A stretch of 64,000 nucleotides of DNA, from NCBI RefSeq assembly GCF_009914755.1, contig NC_060935.1; one strand, written 5' to 3'. Origin of the DNA: the human T2T-CHM13v2.0 reference genome, Homo sapiens. The position numbers and the translations under genes were made by a program. Under the pieces are notes generated by a model. It worked only from the letters and a program-made list of their open reading frames with translations. It had not been told where the DNA came from and did not search any database. Positions 1 to 40,439 of the stretch are shown piece after piece; within the stretch, counting starts at the first letter, position 1, and each line of letters opens with the position of its first letter.

Positions 1-10357
<10,357 letters not shown>

Positions 10358-10504
10358 CGCATCCCTGAGGCTGGACTCCAGATCTGCACCGCCGGCCAGC
10401 TGGGATCTGACTGCACGTGGCTTCTGATGAATCTTGCGTTTTTTACAAATTGGAGCAGGGACAGATCATAGATTTCTGATTTTATGTAAAATTTTGCCTA
10501 ATAC

Positions 10505-10510
10505 ATTAAA
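10505..10510 (+). terminator. TALDO1: TALDO1 polyadenylation signal (variant ATTAAA)
   Basis: ATTAAA about 150 nt after the stop codon, followed by a T/GT-rich tract. Confidence 0.85.
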
Positions 10511-11041
10511 GCAGTCACTTTTCCTGTGCTGTTTCATTCACTGTCTCCGTCCCCTTTGTCCCCTAAGCATCACCTGCCCCAGCTGTGATGGGCTGTAACC
10601 TAGGTTAGGACTCAGAGATGGGGTCGGGGTCAGGGTACCCCAGACACAACCCACCGCCTGGGCCACCACCTGGGAACCCAGGTCAGGGTTGTTGCTGGGA
10701 GGCCATTGGTGGAGTTAGGCAAAGGGCAGGCTTCTGATGCCAGGGGCTCCCAAGGTGCTGTCCCAGGTGGGTCACAGATGAACAGTCTCAAGCCTCCAAG
10801 CGTGGGCAGATGTGGATGCCTCTCAGAGGAGCAGTCCCAGCCGGACCCTCCCTCCTGCTCTTGAGGGCCTGGGCCTCCTGTTCCCTGTCAAGGCTGCCCT
10901 GCCCATGCCCCCCGCCCCCCTCCTGTCCTGTTGTGGCTGAGACCTTACATGGGATGCCAGGTTCCTGCATGGGGTCATGGTGCCACCTTGTGGGGGCAGC
11001 ACGACATGCACCAGCCACTGGCCTTGAAGTCGCCACCCCCA

Positions 11042-11632
<591 letters not shown>

Positions 11633-13125
11633 CACCTTTACGGATCCTACAGCACTGGGCTGTAGGATGGAGCTGCAGCTTCTCACCCTGAACCTAAAAC
11701 AAGCTACCCTACCTTACACCAGCCATCTGGCCACTGCCCCTCAACTCCAGTCTGGGTTGGGCATGCCCGCCCATCCAGGGTGCAAGAGGGGACAACTCGG
11801 GCAGAGCAGCAGGCCAGGGAGGCAGCTGGGCTGCCAGTGCCCTTGATCAAGACCAGTGCAGGGCTCCTCCTGGGGTGGAGAGCTGAGTGGGCAGAGCCCT
11901 CCCCACACCAACCCCCACTGCTGAGGAGTCCCTCCCACCCTTCAAGGCTTCCCACAGGAGGCCAGGCCTCTGCCTCCGAGCCGGTCAACAAGCTAAGTCC
12001 TAAGAGGACATCAAAGGTCTTGTGGCTCCCAATTATTAACAGCACCACTATCTCCAAGGAGGCCCAGCAGAATGGGGCTCTGGGGATGTGACTAAGTTTG
12101 TGAGTGTCGTTTGCAAACATCAAGTTCACCCACTTGCCCCTATGATTCAGTCATCTTAGAACTGTGAAACCATCACCCCAAAATGAAATCTCATACCTAT
12201 TTGTTCCCAGCCTCAAACAATCTATTTTCTGTCTGACTTACATTTTCTGGATATTTCACAAAAATGGTATCACAGGGTAAAGGCCTTTTGAGACAGTCTT
12301 CTTTCACTCACTCAGCATTCTGTCCAGGTCCGCCCACATCATAGAACGTAAAAGAACTTCCCTCCTAGCCAGGCACGGGGGTGTGTCCCTCCTAGCCGGG
12401 CATGGGGCTGTGTCCCTGCAGTAGCTGGGCATGGGGGTGTGTCCCTGCAGTCTTGTCTACTGGAGAGGCTGAGGTGGAAGGATCACTTGAGGCCAGTTCA
12501 AGGCTGCAGCGAGCAGTAACTGCACCTGTGAATAGTCACACTCTAGCCAGGGCAATGCAGCAAGATCCTATTAAAAATAACTTCATTCCATTTTAATAGC
12601 CAAATAATCCACCATATGAATATATTGCCCTTATTAATAGATACCAACAATTATTAAACATATTGACAACCCACTGTATGAAAACAACTTATCCATTACC
12701 ATGAGCAGTTCTGCTGCGAACACCAGGACACCATTTGCATGCTGCTGCATGGTTTTATTCCTCATGGGTAGATGAACACACACTGGTATATGGGGAAATC
12801 CTCACCCGCCCTCCGCTGCTCTTCTGGAGGTCTGTCCTCTTGCTTTCCTCCTCTGCCCCAGCCTGGTGCTGCCCCAAGCCCTGCCCTGGCAAAGAGAGAA
12901 CTGTGCACAGCGGGGAGGCTCTCCAAGCCAGAGGCCTCGCACGCAGCTGAGGAATGACGCAGGGGCCTGCAGGCAGCTCACGCGGAGACAGGTCTGTGGG
13001 GCCCCGCGTCAGAACCCACTTCACATCCCAAAGCCCCACCTGCTTTGATCTTCAATGCTGGGCTCAATGTCAGATCTGGCTGACCAGAGGGGCTCAATGA
13101 GGCTCACTGGCTCTTCATGCACCCT

Positions 13126-15430
<2,305 letters not shown>

Positions 15431-16411
15431 CAACTGAACGGTTTTATAATCACAAGGGGCCTCCTGGCAGGTCACTGGCACCAGGAGCCACGCTGGTGCT
15501 TGGGAACGGCTGTGGCTGAGATGGGGAGGTGGGCAGGAAGAAGGCCTTCGATGGCTCAAACTGGGGAACTGTGAGGAAGTAGAGGGCCTAAGCCTCTCCT
15601 GGACGCCCTAACCTGGGGCCAGGGGGCAGCCCGCTGGAGGGCCACAGCCCAGGCCAGGTGCCCAGCAGGCTGGACCACTGTCTGCTCTTGATAGCCGCTC
15701 TACCCGAGGCCACTGTGCAAGGCCGTGGGGGACAGCACTTTCCTATCATTGAGAATCTCATGGTCTCATATTCACAAGTAAACGTGCCTCTCAATGCTTA
15801 GGACAGGGTGCATCACTGAGGTGCTTACACTTTGAAACCACACGCCAGGAAGATTTCTTCAACAGGAAAGTGCTGCCAGTGCCGGTCGGCCTTGGGGCAG
15901 GAGGCTGCTGCTCCTAAAAAATTCCGTTCACCTTTGGCCAAAGTTCTGAGCCAGCTCCCGCCGGCTGGGCCCTCCCCTCAAGGCCCCCACCAACAGTGAA
16001 AGAGGTGGTGGGTGGCAGACAGGCCACAGCAGGGCAAACCCACACAGAGGACCCCCGAGCCGACTCTGTCTAGTCAACAGTGACCACACGTGACAACCAG
16101 TCCTCCCTAGAAAACCCAGCCTGGAATTCCCGAGGACCACCTAGCAGCTAGCACAGCTCTCCAGGCACGTGGGGTCTTTTCTCTGCCTCCTACCAGAGAA
16201 CATGCAGGAGGATGGGGGTTTGGACCCTCCAGGAGAGCCGACACCCCCTCAGAGCTGATTCCAGGAGGCCTCCAACAATCCCATCAGGGCCAGACCAGGC
16301 TGCCATCCAGGGCCCTTGTCAGGAGGGAAGAGGCGGGGTCCCTGAAGCCTGAGACGGGGCTGCCTCTGGAGACACCTGGGCTGTCTCAGGGGGTGCATCT
16401 ACCCAGCAGGT

Positions 16412-24362
<7,951 letters not shown>

Positions 24363-25307
24363 GCCACTGGCCTCTGGCTCCCCCTGGCCCAGCCTGGAGA
24401 AGGGTCCCTGACCCCCGTCAGACAAGCAGTGCACCCTGCCTCACCTGACACAGAGCCCTCCCACCACAGGGGAAGTGGGAGCTGGGAGCTCCTGGTACAG
24501 GCAAGGCCGAGAGTTGGGTTAGGGAGCAGAGGACGGAGCTGAGTGAGTGTCCAGTGTTAGGTGGGTGGGGGTGTTAGTGGATGGAGGTGTCTGAAGCCTC
24601 GCAGGCCTGCGGTCACACCACAGGCTGGGCCTAGCCGCTTGGAGAGCTTTCTGGATCTGCACAGGATCTTGTCCCCCACAGACACACACTGTGGGCCTCA
24701 AACCCGGGAGCAGGAGGGGCAGGTTGGAGCAGGTCTACCTGCTTGCCCAGCCCCACCTGCACTGGCCCCAAGGTGTCCCTGATGGAGCTGAGCTGGACCA
24801 GCCACAGGTGCAGGGCTGAGTCTGCAGCAGCCCCCTCCCCATTCCTCTTCCCCTCCCCCAAGTTAGAACAGCAGTATGGAGGAGGAAGCTGGAAGCCAGG
24901 CTTGGCCCTCACGCTGGCGGCAAGTCTAATGCGTGTGTGTGCACCTGTGTCCACAGGTGGTGTGCCCCCTAGTGTACCCTTGGGTCCCCACCGTAGTCCA
25001 AGGTGTCATGTCTGTGTGTGGGCATCGCTGGTTCCCGGCACAGCCAATCCTGGGAAAGTGCATGTCCCTCATGGCATTCGGAGTCAGGGTGGCCAGCCAG
25101 GGCCCCACCAGCAAGCCATAGCATCAGCCCAAGGGCAGCAGCCAGCCAGGAGGCAGGAACCGCACCCGAAGTTCCTAGGCGTCCCGAGTCTCCTGTGGGC
25201 AAGATCACCCTTGTACCCTCACTGCTGAGCCCTGGAGTGTGGGTGCCCCCAGGTGGTCTGTTGCTGCTCCGCTACTCCGCAGCAGCCCCCAACCCTGTGT
25301 GCCCACC

Positions 25308-25475
25308 CAGGGTGCCGCCATCTCCTCCCCTGCAAGAGGCCAGCCTCTGCTCCGCGCCTCTCTATCCCCAGCAGGTGGGAAAGGGTGCTTCCAGGGTACT
25401 GCTATCTCCCCCGCTCCAAGAGGCCAGCCTCTGCTCCCCGCCTCTCTACCCCTGGCTGGTGGGAAAGGGTGCTCC
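25308..25475. repeat. 84-bp x2 diverged tandem duplication
   Basis: caagaggccagcctctgctcc at 25333 and 25417; ggtgggaaagggtgct occurs twice. Confidence 0.85.
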
Positions 25476-26251
25476 TCAGGCCCTGTTTAGGGCTGACATT
25501 GGGCCAGGTGACAGGACACCTGGGCATGATTGGGCAGCTATTGGGGAGCCATGGGCAGAGCACCTGAGGTCTGCAGTCAGCAGCCCAGTCCGGGTGATGC
25601 CTCCTGGGAAGGGGCCCAGACTTGGGGGTAACGGCGTCACTGATGTGGGTCCCTGGCCCCACTGTGGGGTGTCCAGGGTTGTGCCTATTGGACCGCCCGC
25701 CTCACCATCCCACGCTACTGAGCCTCCTTCCTCAGCCATTGTCCAGCTTCGTGTCAAGTCCTGGCGTGGGGCTCACCGCCTGCCCCTTGACCGTGGAGTT
25801 CGGACGCGTCTCACAGTGAGTGCCCCAGCAGAGCAGGGTTGGGTGCTGAGCATCAGCAGCTCTGCCAGAGCAAGTGGCAATTCCCTGGAACCTGGGGTCT
25901 TGCCTTTGTTTGGAGACCGAGAGACTCACAGTGTGGGAGGGTCACAGGACATGTCATCAGCAGTGAAAAGGTTTTGTTCCGTTTCCTGCCTTCAGAACTT
26001 GCACGTGCTGGAATCCAAGGATGGGTGGGAGAGGGGCCGTTCCTGGAGATGTCTGCCCTTCGGGGCTGGCCCATGCCACAGGACCTCCCATCACCCCTGC
26101 TGCCTTGGTTGGTGAATTCGGGGCATGCTGAGCCTTTCCCTTGCAGCCTTTGCACTTGCTACTCTTCCCTCCGCTTATCAAACTCCTAACCATCCCTCGA
26201 AGTCCATGGGCACCAGAAGCACCGCCTCAGAGACTCACAGACTCAGATGTA

Positions 26252-27153
<902 letters not shown>

Positions 27154-28619
27154 TACCCCCTTCTGAGAACATCCCCCACAGATGGCTGCCCTGGGTGCCC
27201 TCTGTTAGCTCAGCCCGACTACCAGGTGGACCTCAGGTTGAGGGCTGGGACCAGGAGACATGGGCTTCTTTCTTGGGAAGGGGCATGTTGGGCAGTCCTC
27301 GACGTGGCCCAGACAGGGCCCTTTCCCAGCGGGGTCTCAGCCAGGTTCCCCTTTCACCAAGGCTGGGCTGGGTGGAGTCTGGATAGTTAGACCCCAGCAC
27401 CTGTGAGTCACGCAGACCCAGAAGCAGGAAGCAGACAGTAAGTGACAGCCGCTAAGACGCAGGGAGGCTGGGCCAGGGCTGGGGCACGAGGGTACCTTCA
27501 CCTGGGCGTCAGAAGCACTTGAGAGGACAGGGGCTGCTGGCTCTGATGTCTGCCCCCCTAGGCTGGCATGAACTGGCCAGAGACGTCAGACGTGGTACAT
27601 GCCGGCCTCTGTGGCCTGGAGGGGCTTGCAACAAGGAGGCAGGCCCTGTCCCAAGCTGGCCTAGCCTAGTGTCCAGGACATGGAGGACAGGGTGCAGCAG
27701 CCCCGGGGAGGGGTGGGGCCGTTCCCTCCCAAGCACACTTCTGGAGCTGCTGCAGTCGGGGGTGACCCTAACCTACCTTGTGCCTTCCTTCCCATGTGCC
27801 GGGGCGGGTCCCACACACCTCTCTCCTGCCCCGACTGGCTCCCACCTGGGGCACGCAGTTGGGCAACCCAGGCCCTGCTCTGCCCGTCGAGCCTCCAGGG
27901 CAAGTGCAAGCTCAGCCTGGGCCTGGAGACGGCGGATCGGAGCGTGTCCAGGTGCTCAGGGACTGGTCACCGAAAGGCAAGGAGCCCTCCCTGGGACCAG
28001 GGAGACACCCAAGAGTCAGGCCGGGACCTGCAGCGGACCGGGGTGGGAGTCTGCAGCAGAAAGTGCCCCCATGGGCCTTGCTCACTGTGCCCTGCTTCTG
28101 GAGGATTCCGCCTGGGACCCTGCCCGTGTCCAGGGGAGGGCCCGGAGGTGATCAGCAGCCTCACCAAGAATGCACTAGGGTGGGAGTCCCGGGAGAGGAG
28201 TCGCACCCTCTCAGCAGTGGGGAGGGGATGCTGGAGAGGAAAACAGAGAAACCTCCCCCTAGCTCACCCCGTTCTGCACTGGGTGATAAATACTACGTGC
28301 ACCCTAGGAAGCCACGTGTGTCACTGGCTGCTAACACGAGGATGGGGGACTTGAGATGCTGGTGCAGGTTCCCAGCAAGGCTCAGAGCTGCGGGTCTCCA
28401 GGGAGTTCCCGCAGAGCCTGGGGGGCACAGCCTGCCTCAGACAGTCCCCGGACCCCAGACCCGTGGACACCTCTGTCCCCAGAGATGATGCTGCGCGTTG
28501 GAGCTTTCCTGCTTTTTTCCCGTTTTCCAGATTTCCTTATAAGCGATTTGACTTCACAGCGTGACCTTTTTATATACATTTTATATCTGGTATTTGTTTA
28601 GACCTTAGAAGTGTTCTGA

Positions 28620-31290
<2,671 letters not shown>

Positions 31291-33559
31291 CAAGGATTTT
31301 CATTCCTGCTTTGTCTGAAGTTGAAAAAGTTTTGGAAAATCTAAGCATCGTTTAATAGAGAATCGCTAAGTAAAATGAGGCAGCATCGTGGGTGGAATAT
31401 CAGCACCAAAGCGCCAAGCCTTGTGGTTAAAGGTGGCAGACCATCTTCAGTCTTCTTAGCCCCTTTCAAGTCCCCTACTATATCAGAAAGGGTTGGCTGG
31501 TTGCTTTTAAAGCACGAGCCGCAGAATGGAGAGAATGGGCGACTGGAAGGCAGGCTGAGGATGGTGAGGGGCCCTGCTGGCCAGTCAGAGAGGTATCCTG
31601 GCACCTGTGGGGCAGGTGAGCTGGGAGCTGGAGGTGTGAGCAGTGTCTGCACAGAGCCTTCTCTGTACGCTGGGCTCAGATCAACGGGCTCAAGGGATAG
31701 GCTGCCTCCTTGACTTCTAGGAGGCAGCAGCATGAGTGGGAGTCGAGGGAGGCTGTCGCAGGGCGGCCTGGGTGGGAGCAACAGTGTCGGTTTTAGCTGG
31801 TTCTACCCCGTGGGACCTCCGTATCTGTCTGGGCCTGGGTGTGGGTGCATGAACGAGGACTGCTGCTCTGGGGAGGGAGTGTGCCAGGTGCCAGAAGGGC
31901 AGGAGGAAGACATGGCTGTCCCCCCACACCAGCTGGAAGAAGGCTTGGGGGAGGAGGTGGTCAGGGAGCTCTTGTCTGCTGGCCTCAGCCACCTGTCGGG
32001 TGAGACCCAGGGCCAGGAAGACAGAGCTCAAAGGAGCCCTTCCCAGGCACCGCAGGCCTTGCTGCTTGTTGGCCCGCATGCTGCAGCCCCACCCGTGGCC
32101 AGGCCCACCAGCAGGCCCGCCGGTTGGACACCTGGTCAGAGTGGGCTGGGGTCCATGGATGAGAGGTGTTGAGGGGAGCCTCTTCTGCACTCAGGATGTG
32201 GGGCTCGCTGCAGTGGGGGCTGCGGAAGGGCCCCTGCCTGGCTGGAGAGCTCAGCCTGAGAAGCAGGGCTTGCCCTCCCCGCACCCCATGTCCTCACTGC
32301 TTCCTGGTCCTGTAGCCCCTGGGTGTCCATCTTGGGTCAGGACCCACAGGAAGGCCAGGGAGGAGGATGGAGCAGGGCCTGGGTGGGGATCCGGGCCGAG
32401 GCCCCTGGAATAAGGGCATAGGAGTGACAGGGGGTCCCGTCAGAGGGTCCTGGATGCAGCATCCCTCCCTGGAAAGCCTGGGGTGTGGGCGTGACACATG
32501 CGACCCTGCGTCTCCCAGCCACATGCAGATGAGGATGCAAGAGCAGCCTTCAGACGACAGAGTTTATTTCAGACTCAGCCTCCACTCAGGCCCGGGGTTC
32601 CTGTGGCCACTGGCCAGTGAGGGCAGGCCACGTTCTCACAGTGCCCACCACCACCTTCTGGGAGTTCGCCTGCTGCTGCGCGCCAAGGGCCACGCTGGGA
32701 CTGGATGTGCTAAGGAGGGGCTGCACGAGGGGCTTCCCCAGGTGCAGTGGGCTGAGGACAGTGTGTGACGGTCGCCGCCAAAAGCAGTTCTACTCTACCT
32801 GTTATTGCATTATACGCTGGTTAGACTCAGGTGGTGCTGGGTGCAAGCTGGAGGGGCAGTCTAGCGGGGCAGGGCGGGCACAGCTGTGAGGGGCCCTCGA
32901 CATCCCTGCCTCCCCGCCGGCGTCGGGGCTCCCCTGGAGCACAAGCTGGGGAAGGCGACCCTTGGGCAGCACCCCCTCCACACGCAGGCTTCAGGGCTCC
33001 GTCTTCCCACCCAGCTAGGCTTGGGTGGTGTGGGGAGGTGGCATTGAGGCTCTGCTGAGGTGAGTGCCCACCCCAGGTCCGTCCCACTGCATTCGCCCAG
33101 GCAGACCCCCGGTGGGTACGCAAAGAGCAGAAATGGGGCGAGTGGAGCCACCGCGCCCTTTAATGTCCCCACGAGGGCCGGGCCCAGGCCCAACCCATCC
33201 CGGCACCCCCACCTGCACTCAGACCAGCCCTGGGGGCCCAGGATCACCCAGCCGCCAGGGGTGGGGGGGCCACACACAGGGTCCATTCCTTTCTTGCCGT
33301 TCCCCAGCTGTGCCCTCGCCCCACATCCTGTGCTGTGGACCCCGGAGCCTGGGCTCTTTCTGCCCTGGAGGTTGGGGAAGTCCTGGGTCAGCAGGGGTGG
33401 GCTCGGGCGTCCTCTTCACCGTGCGCGTGTGTTGGGGGCATATGTAGGTGTGTAATGAATGTGCGTGTGTACGAATAGGTAAGGGTGAACTCTGCATGCA
33501 CTGGCTTCCTCGGGTCTGTACAGGAAGTGGCTCCGTGCCCCCCGCCTGGCCCCCAGGTA

Positions 33560-34240
<681 letters not shown>

Positions 34241-35279
34241 TCACGGCCTGGACTCCATCTGTCCATGACCACTCCTCAAGGGGCCCCTCCAGCCGCAGAG
34301 GCAAGGGCCACGCACAGGTGGGAGGAGGTAGGGGACCCCACTGTGCTCCATAAAATGGCCCATGCAAATGCCACATCCTCCCACCAGCCGGGGGCAGGAG
34401 GCTCTTGGTGGGGAAGTAAGGATCAGGCCCAGAGAACTCGAAGGAAGAGCATTCTCCCCTCCAAGGAGGTGATCGGAGCCCCAGTGGGAGAGCTGACTGC
34501 ATCCCCTCCTCAGGAGAGCATTCCTGCTTTGCAGAGATGGACACTAAAGCACGGAGGCTGTGACCTGGCCAGGGTCCCAGGGGGAGGAGGGCGGGGAGGG
34601 GCAGGAGCTGGGATCTCAGGCAGCCATCAGGGTGGGTGGGCCCACAAGAACCCAGACTTGAGAAAACTGGGGTGTCTCTCCAGGAAGTCAGCGTGGGGCT
34701 GTGCTTCCAAGGGCCGTCTGCCCCTCCCCAGCCTCTGGGGCCCCCTCCTCAGCATGGGCCGTGCCTGCCTCCAGCCCTGGAGCAGGGAGTCCTCGCCCAG
34801 CCCAAGGCTGTGCTGTCTCTGTGGGCAGAGGGTTCCTGGCGTTAAACAGGGTGGGCACATGCTGCACTTGGCCCGCGGGTCAGGGCGGAGGACAGGGTTC
34901 TGGGCTGTGGGAAAGGCGGTGCCCAGATTCTCAATGACCGAGGCAGAGGTGGGAAGGGCCCTGGGGGCCCAGCCGCCCTGAACCTGAGTGGGTCTTGCCC
35001 CAAAGCCCCAGAGGCCGCCTGTCTGCCTCTCCCAGGGAAGGATGAGAAATGCCCTCCAGACCTGCAGAGAAAGGGAGGCACGTTCCCCACCCCCCGCCAG
35101 GTGCATTGACCACACTGAAGGTCACCCGAAGGTCACAGCATGATGAGGGCGTCTCCAGAAGAGGCCCAGCTGCTGCCACCTCCCAGGGAAGCCCAGCCGT
35201 CCCTTCACCCCTGCAGTTCTCGGGGGGCTCAGCTGCTGGGCATCAAGTTTGCAAAGAGCAGGTGGTCTGCCCCCCCAAC

Positions 35280-35720
35280 CTCGCTATTTGTGGCACTTAC
35301 ATCCCGGCCGCCGCCTCCCTCTCCCGGGATCAACTGAGCCCTGGAGAACTGGGGGGCCCGCGCGCAAACCCAGTGACCTTCAAGGCCCGGAGCCGCCTCC
35401 TCGCCCCGCAGGACGCCGCGCCCGCCCCGCCCGCCCCGCCCGCCGGGAGCCCCCCGCCTTACGCGTCCTCCGGCCTCCCCGGGGCTGCGCGCTCCTCCGC
35501 GGGATGACGGCGGCTGCGAACGCGGAGGAGAGCTCGGGAGTTTCCCACAATGCACTGCTCCCGGCGCAGGAGGGCGGGGAGGGGGAGGGGCGACCGGGCC
35601 CCGCCCCGCCGGGAACCGTGGGATCCGCAAACCCAGCTCCGCCTTAGATCCAGGGGTAGAAACTTAGGGTCCGAGAGAGCAACTGCGGGGTCCAAGTCCC
35701 ATCTGGGACTGCCAGAGGCA
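35280..35720 (-). promoter_or_regulatory. CEND1: CEND1 CpG-island promoter and non-coding exon 1
   Basis: CpG-rich with multiple GC boxes; 5' splice site at 35462. Confidence 0.8.
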
Positions 35721-35920
35721 GGAGGCGGGTCCCGCTCAGCATCCCCTCTAGGCCAGGGTGCCCCTTGGTCGGTGGGTGACGGGTCGGTGGGTGAGGGGTC
35801 GGTGGGTGGGTGCGCAGGCCTAGCCCTGCAGTCTGAAGGGAGCCAGTTATGGGAAGAGGGGACTGCCCTCCCCCGCCCCCAAACAGACCCCCAGACAGAC
35901 AGCAGCATCTACTTAGAATA

Positions 35921-35930
35921 TTTATTTATT
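35921..35930 (-). terminator. SLC25A22: SLC25A22 polyadenylation signal (overlapping AATAAA)
   Basis: TTTATTTATT on + at 35921-35930, at the end of a 3'UTR of about 1.4 kb. Confidence 0.85.
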
Positions 35931-37075
35931 CTCTGACATGACAAGACACAAAAAGTTACAACTTCTTAAAACTCTTCAAAAGAAAAAAATATAATTCTGT
36001 AAGCAGCAGCAGCAGCTTCCAAGGTTCTGATGTGACGGGAGGGGCAGCTCCCAGGAGCAACCGTGAACTGGGGGGGTCCAGGCCTGAGCCCCAGGTAGTG
36101 TCGCTGGGAAGGGGCCTCTGTGGAGGGCCCCGGTTTTGGGGACACAGCACCAGCACATCAGGGTCTGTCACCAACACGATCACATGGCCAGGGCGGGGCA
36201 GGGAGAGCTTCGGCTCACAGCAGGGATCGCCCGGTGGCAGGGGGGATGGGGCTTCTGAAGTGTGGTCAGGGGCCTTATGCCCGGAGGCGGGAAGGATGGG
36301 GCTTCTGCAGTGTACCCAGGGGCCTTATGCAGAGGCTGAAAAAGGAGGGTGGGCCCTGAGAGGACTTGGGGGTGTGGCAGCTCCTGGCCCTCCCTCCAGA
36401 GCAGGGCAGGCACCCTCAGGCTCCACACTGGTCCCAATGCCCGCCCTGCTCCCTGGCCAATCCCAGGCCAGGGTGGAGGACTCAGGAGAGACCAAGCTGG
36501 GTAAGTTAGTTCCTGGACGGGGTCAACAGAGCCTGGGGCACACACAGCACACAGAGCGCCTGGCCACGGCGGGAAGGGGGGCAGTCCCCAGCAGCCCCAT
36601 CCCCAAGGGCCAGGCCAGATCCCCACAACACACACACGCATGCACACACACATACACACACACATGCACACAGACCTCACAATCTGGGCCCCAGCCTGGG
36701 GTGGGAGCTGAGGAGCCCACCAGAAAGTCCCACAGTGGGTGGCGGGCTTGCCCCAAGAGTCAGACCTCAGGGCAACCCCTCACTTGGGATTCCTGGCTCA
36801 ACAGAGAGGGCAGGAGACCCCAGTCCTCTTGCAAGGCTGGCCAGGGAGGCAGAGTCAAGTCCTGCCAAGGCGACAAGAGCGGCTGGGGAAGGACAGAAGG
36901 GCTGGAGAGCCGCTTGGGTCCAGCAGATTCAATAAATAGGTTTGTGTGGGGTGCCTGTGTGGGCCAGGATGGCTGTGGAGACTGGAGCTGGTGGACTGGG
37001 GGTATGGTCCAGCCTGCCCGGCCCAGGCCCGGGGGCCCCCAGCCCAGAGACCAGCTCTGTCCCTGGGGGTGTTCA

Positions 37076-40439
<3,364 letters not shown>

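Noticed and set aside
25003-26115. 370-aa ORF in the divergent-transcript region
   Set aside because: Non-ATG start and no recognisable homology; not supportable as a CDS from sequence alone.
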